Shown here one piece after another: positions 59,901-64,000 of a stretch of 64,000 bases of DNA. The translations under genes were made by a program, and so were the position numbers. Under the pieces are notes generated by a model. The model was not told the DNA's origin and did not search any database. It saw only the letters and a list, made by a program, of their open reading frames with translations. This DNA comes from Balanoglossus misakiensis (taxonomy: Eukaryota; Animalia; Hemichordata): positions 7,633,573-7,697,572 of the forward strand of contig CM082594.2 of NCBI GenBank assembly GCA_040954595.2. The letters run 5' to 3'. How positions within the stretch are numbered: the stretch's first letter is position 1; the number at the start of each line of letters is the position of its first letter.

Positions 59901-62900
59901 CTCAGTGCTTCGGAACGAACACACCTAGTGTACCGGTACACGTACAGACCTGAGTCAGGCGACAGGGATAATTACAGTAATAGAATGATACAAATTGCAT
60001 CTAATACATCCAGTACCCATCAGTGAATTGGTAATTAGCTTCATCCTGTCAGAGGGCTCATCGCAATCATCTTTTCCTGTCCGTCAGTGAAATGTAAGAA
60101 ATTGTTACAGATTTGTCTTTTATATCTAGACAACTGCAGATTTTCACCAATTTCACAGATAATTGGTTTAATTTGTCCAGTTAGTCATCTTTGAAAAGCC
60201 TTTCCTTTTCTCTGGGAGCATGCATCCATCTCTATCCATCATTCAACTGATGTTGTGTGATTTCAATGAAAACAGATGAGGGGCTTTGAAATAGATGCAT
60301 TGGATGAGCTTAGATTAATAATCTGATAAGAATGGATGCAAGAAGACGTTCCTTAGCAGAGCTACTTGTCTCTGTTTTGTGTGAATTCGATGTCATTATT
60401 TACTTTAATTTAATCAGGTTTGCACAGCATAAATTTTGTTATATCGCCAGTATTTTTTAAGTGTGTTTAGTTTCCAGTATTTGCATGAAAGATTGGGCAT
60501 TCATGGTAGTTTCACTGAAGGTGTGTTTTCCATGTTCAAGAAATTTAAAAGTTGATAGAGATACTGGTAGTATTCCAAGACGACACAACGGTTTTGAGTT
60601 TCAGACCATGCTATCCCATAATGCTTGTTTCTGCTCCCACAATGCATCAGCCCAGTTGAATATCAGACAGTGCTTGTATATTTGAACTCAATGACTTCAA
60701 AGGTGTTAAAGATCGTGTTTAAATGGAAAATGGTGGTTTTATGATAGTGTAATTTTCATTTAATGTCTCAATAAAAAGTGTTAGATTTTATAGCAGCAGA
60801 AGGGACAGGCATGACTAGAATGTGAATGGTTGAAAGGTGAAATTTGAAACGCTAGAACTGAACTTGGCAGGTCTCAATCTTTTCCGTAAATGAACCATAA
60901 ATTTTCCAAATCCAGCCATCAATCATCAAAATCCCTCAATTAATTCTGAACTTCCTAGCCTCTTTTATTGCTGCCACTGACAGCCAAGTCCTCGCTTGTC
61001 ATTAAAGTGTTATTACTCCCGAGAGACCCAGTGCAGCATTTCCACCGTTGAAATCTCCCAGAAGCCTGTTCTAGCCCAATTTAGGACGTGTCCGTGAAAG
61101 CAACTGGCAGTGTTGGCGAGTTAGCGCGACAAAGGAATCCCATTTCGAAGCGTGTATAATGGACTGCTTAATTTCCTTTCTGTATATTGCATAATTCTAT
61201 AGAACTTTGTGAAAAGTGCTCACGCCTTTTGTGAATACAGTGCACATTAATCCATTGTATTGAATTGAATTTCCATCAAAAACTCAAACAGACCAATCCA
61301 GTGTTATCCTGAGCTACACATGAAGTAGATCGGCCAAGGAGGTCATTTCAGATTTCAAACTGAACTACTGAATTTCTCTTATTAGAGATTGAAGTTTTTG
61401 TGTTTGTGCTATGAAAGAAATTTATCCCTTGCTGGATTTGTGTAGAATTCAAGCAAATCTGATAATAATTGAAAGCAGCCCAGCTTTTAATACATTTGTA
61501 TCTTGGTAATGTGTATTCACTGTGTGTTGCTTTGAAGTACTTCTAAATGAGATTGTCTGATTCGTTCATCCACTTCAGATTGTCTCCACTGTTATCTTGT
61601 GTCTGATTGGTCCTTTCTTTGGCCGTCTTGGGTCGCTCCAGAGCCCTTGTACCTGATTGGTTACTTCTGTCATCTTCATTTAATCACCTTAGTTCCACAT
61701 CAACTTCTTCGTAAAACCATTAATCACTTTTGAGTTTCATCTAATTTGTTGCATGGTATCTTTAATCAATTACTTTCCTTTGACCAGGTTTCTTTAAATA
61801 AGGGCTTAATTACTCCAACTCTGTCTTTATCTGGTATTTTTTTCATCTGGGTATAATTAGTTCACTTGAGCAGTCAATGTGATTAAGTATTTTTGTTATC
61901 TCCATGATTTGTATCAATTTGATTGGTGCCTTCTGTCAACTTCATTAAATTGTTTTGTTGTAACAGTAAACACATTTTTATCAAGCAAAAGTTGGGGCTG
62001 TAGGATTTCTTTCTCTAAGATGAATTCAGTTTAAGTTTGCAATGAAATCCATGACTTTTCTGAAAGAAAGCCAAAAATCCCAGATGTACCTAATAGCACT
62101 GGTTCTTGTGACATGAATTCTCCAGCCGGAAGAGGTGATAGTCGGTCGCCAAGGCTGGGTTACCGGTTTTCAGTCATCGATTTCATCTCGTCTGGAGAGG
62201 GGTATAATGCGTGTAGATTTCAGGTACGATGAACGTGAAAGGCCGTCTGGCGAACCTGTGAATATTCCCAGACAATGAGGCCGACCACTTGACTACAAGG
62301 AGAGAGAGAAAAAAACTGAGGCAACACTAATGGCCTTTTAATGTTGTCGACATTGTGTTAGCATTACCTGTATTCTTCAGCTTGTAACACGGAAAGACGG
62401 CGTGTAATGGCCTGTATCGGGGATCATGTCGCAGACATAAAACGCCAAAACGATTTCTTTTCGAGTTTATTAGTTTACAGTGTAGTGCGTTTGACGCGCG
62501 TGACAACTTGTCACATTTAAACAGTCGACATTTATACCCGGGTACCAAATGCGACTATTGAAGAATTATTCAGAACGGAATTAAAGCGAATAAGTTCAGA
62601 CACTTGCGATTAATCTACAAATTGTGGAGTGACTATGAGTCACTGTTTAAGGTCTATAATACATTTATTAACTGTTAGGTTTTTAGGTGATTTGCTCCAT
62701 CATCCTGTCTGCGTTGTGTATTGATTGTAATGCAGTAATTTCTCATTGTGCTGTCCAGTGTTTGACTCAGGTATACTGATGTCAATCATTAGAACTAACC
62801 TGTGTAAACCAGATACTGTCTGTACTAAACAGGTCTTATACTTTCTGTGGTGTATGTTTGGTTTGGAAAGTTTCAACTGTTATCTGATGTACACATTCTT

Positions 62901-64000
62901 CCCTGTGGATAATGAAACTTATGATAGACACTTGTGTATCTGTCAAAATATGTACCCTGCATGTTATGATCATAGTTTTCATTCATTGCAAGAAAATTTA
63001 CGAGGCCCGTGAAAATCGATCTACACTTCAAAGCGTTTATGTTTGTAAGTGTAATTACAGATGTTGTTTTTCTTTCTGTGCCGAAGTTTGACTGCAGAAT
63101 GTCGGAAGTGGTGGTTCAGTTGGAAGTCAGGCGTTAAATGAGGTGTAAGCAATATGCATTGTTCGGCTTAAACTTTAGAAAATGGAACCACTTTGGAAAG
63201 CTCACAAGTAGCTACATGCCGAGGAGTTTAAGCTGAAATGTCTTTATGCACGTGGACATTCAAAAAGAGATCCATTATAAGCAATTTCTGCCCCAGACAG
63301 ACTTGCATCACCATGCAGCAGGCATAGAAAAATGGAGTGTTCTCTTTTTAACTGCTTAGGCAGTTGTAGATTTAGCACTGAACAATGGAATTCAATATTT
63401 TTCATCATTCTGCTAGTTTTCTAAGTTGAATGAACTGTTGCCACACCTGTCCTGACATTTTCACAATTGGGGCTAATGTATTTTAGTGGCTGATGCAAAT
63501 GTTTATGGAAAGTTGAGAGAGCAGGGAAGCAGAAATCTTTTGCCAGTTTATAGGCTCCTGGTAGGGAAAGGCATTCCTAACTACGGAAGGCTAAACTAAG
63601 CCTACAGGTACCATATTAAATGATTGATAAGATCAACTGAAATTTCCACTTTCCATCAGCCGGTAGCTTTTGAACTTGGAAAAGATAATTGATGTCACCA
63701 ATTAATTGTAAATTTACTCTTAATGGCATTCATGAGAGCAGAGCCAGGATCATATACATGTACCCTAGTGATCAGATCCTTTTAGGAGAGCAAGTACTCC
63801 AGCATTTAGGAAACCAGTGTTTCAATTTTATAATAAGGTTACTCTGACAAGTTGTAATGGAAATACCGCATTGCCCCAGGAGTAACCCGAACACTTTCAT
63901 TTCATTGCTTATTTATGAAATATACATCAGTCATTTCCATTGACTTGGCCATACCGCAGCCCCCGGCTATGCCAGTCAAGCTGACGATGATTAAAATTAT

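Noticed and set aside
56830-64000. Search for downstream LHFPL2 exons
   Set aside because: No phase-1 exon encoding the expected GLxxYPxGW segment was found; presumed beyond the window.

Overview
AT-rich eukaryotic (invertebrate bilaterian-looking) genomic DNA with GT-AG introns; species cannot be determined from the sequence. Four protein-coding genes were reconstructed by hand. (1) An LRRC71-like leucine-rich-repeat gene (+, 2490-13201). (2) An HMG20A/B-like HMG-box gene (-, 15368-17641), convergent with LRRC71. (3) A PEAK1/Pragmin-family (NKF3) pseudokinase (+, 29805-35852), head-to-head with HMG20 across a CpG-rich promoter at about 18.2-19.1 kb. (4) The first coding exon of LHFPL2 (+, 56385-56829), whose remaining exons appear to lie outside the window. 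The best unexplained signals are: a cluster of frame-preserving cassette/micro-exons in LRRC71 within introns strongly and strand-specifically enriched in TGCATG; three 50-71 bp hairpin mini-transposons with 9-bp TSDs; a TTAA-flanked Kolobok-type MITE carrying a CTCF-like motif; a convergent CTCF-like pair bracketing a CpG-rich domain; and stacked uORFs before the pseudokinase start. Most short ORFs in the supplied track are spurious. All exon calls are manual and unverified by transcripts.
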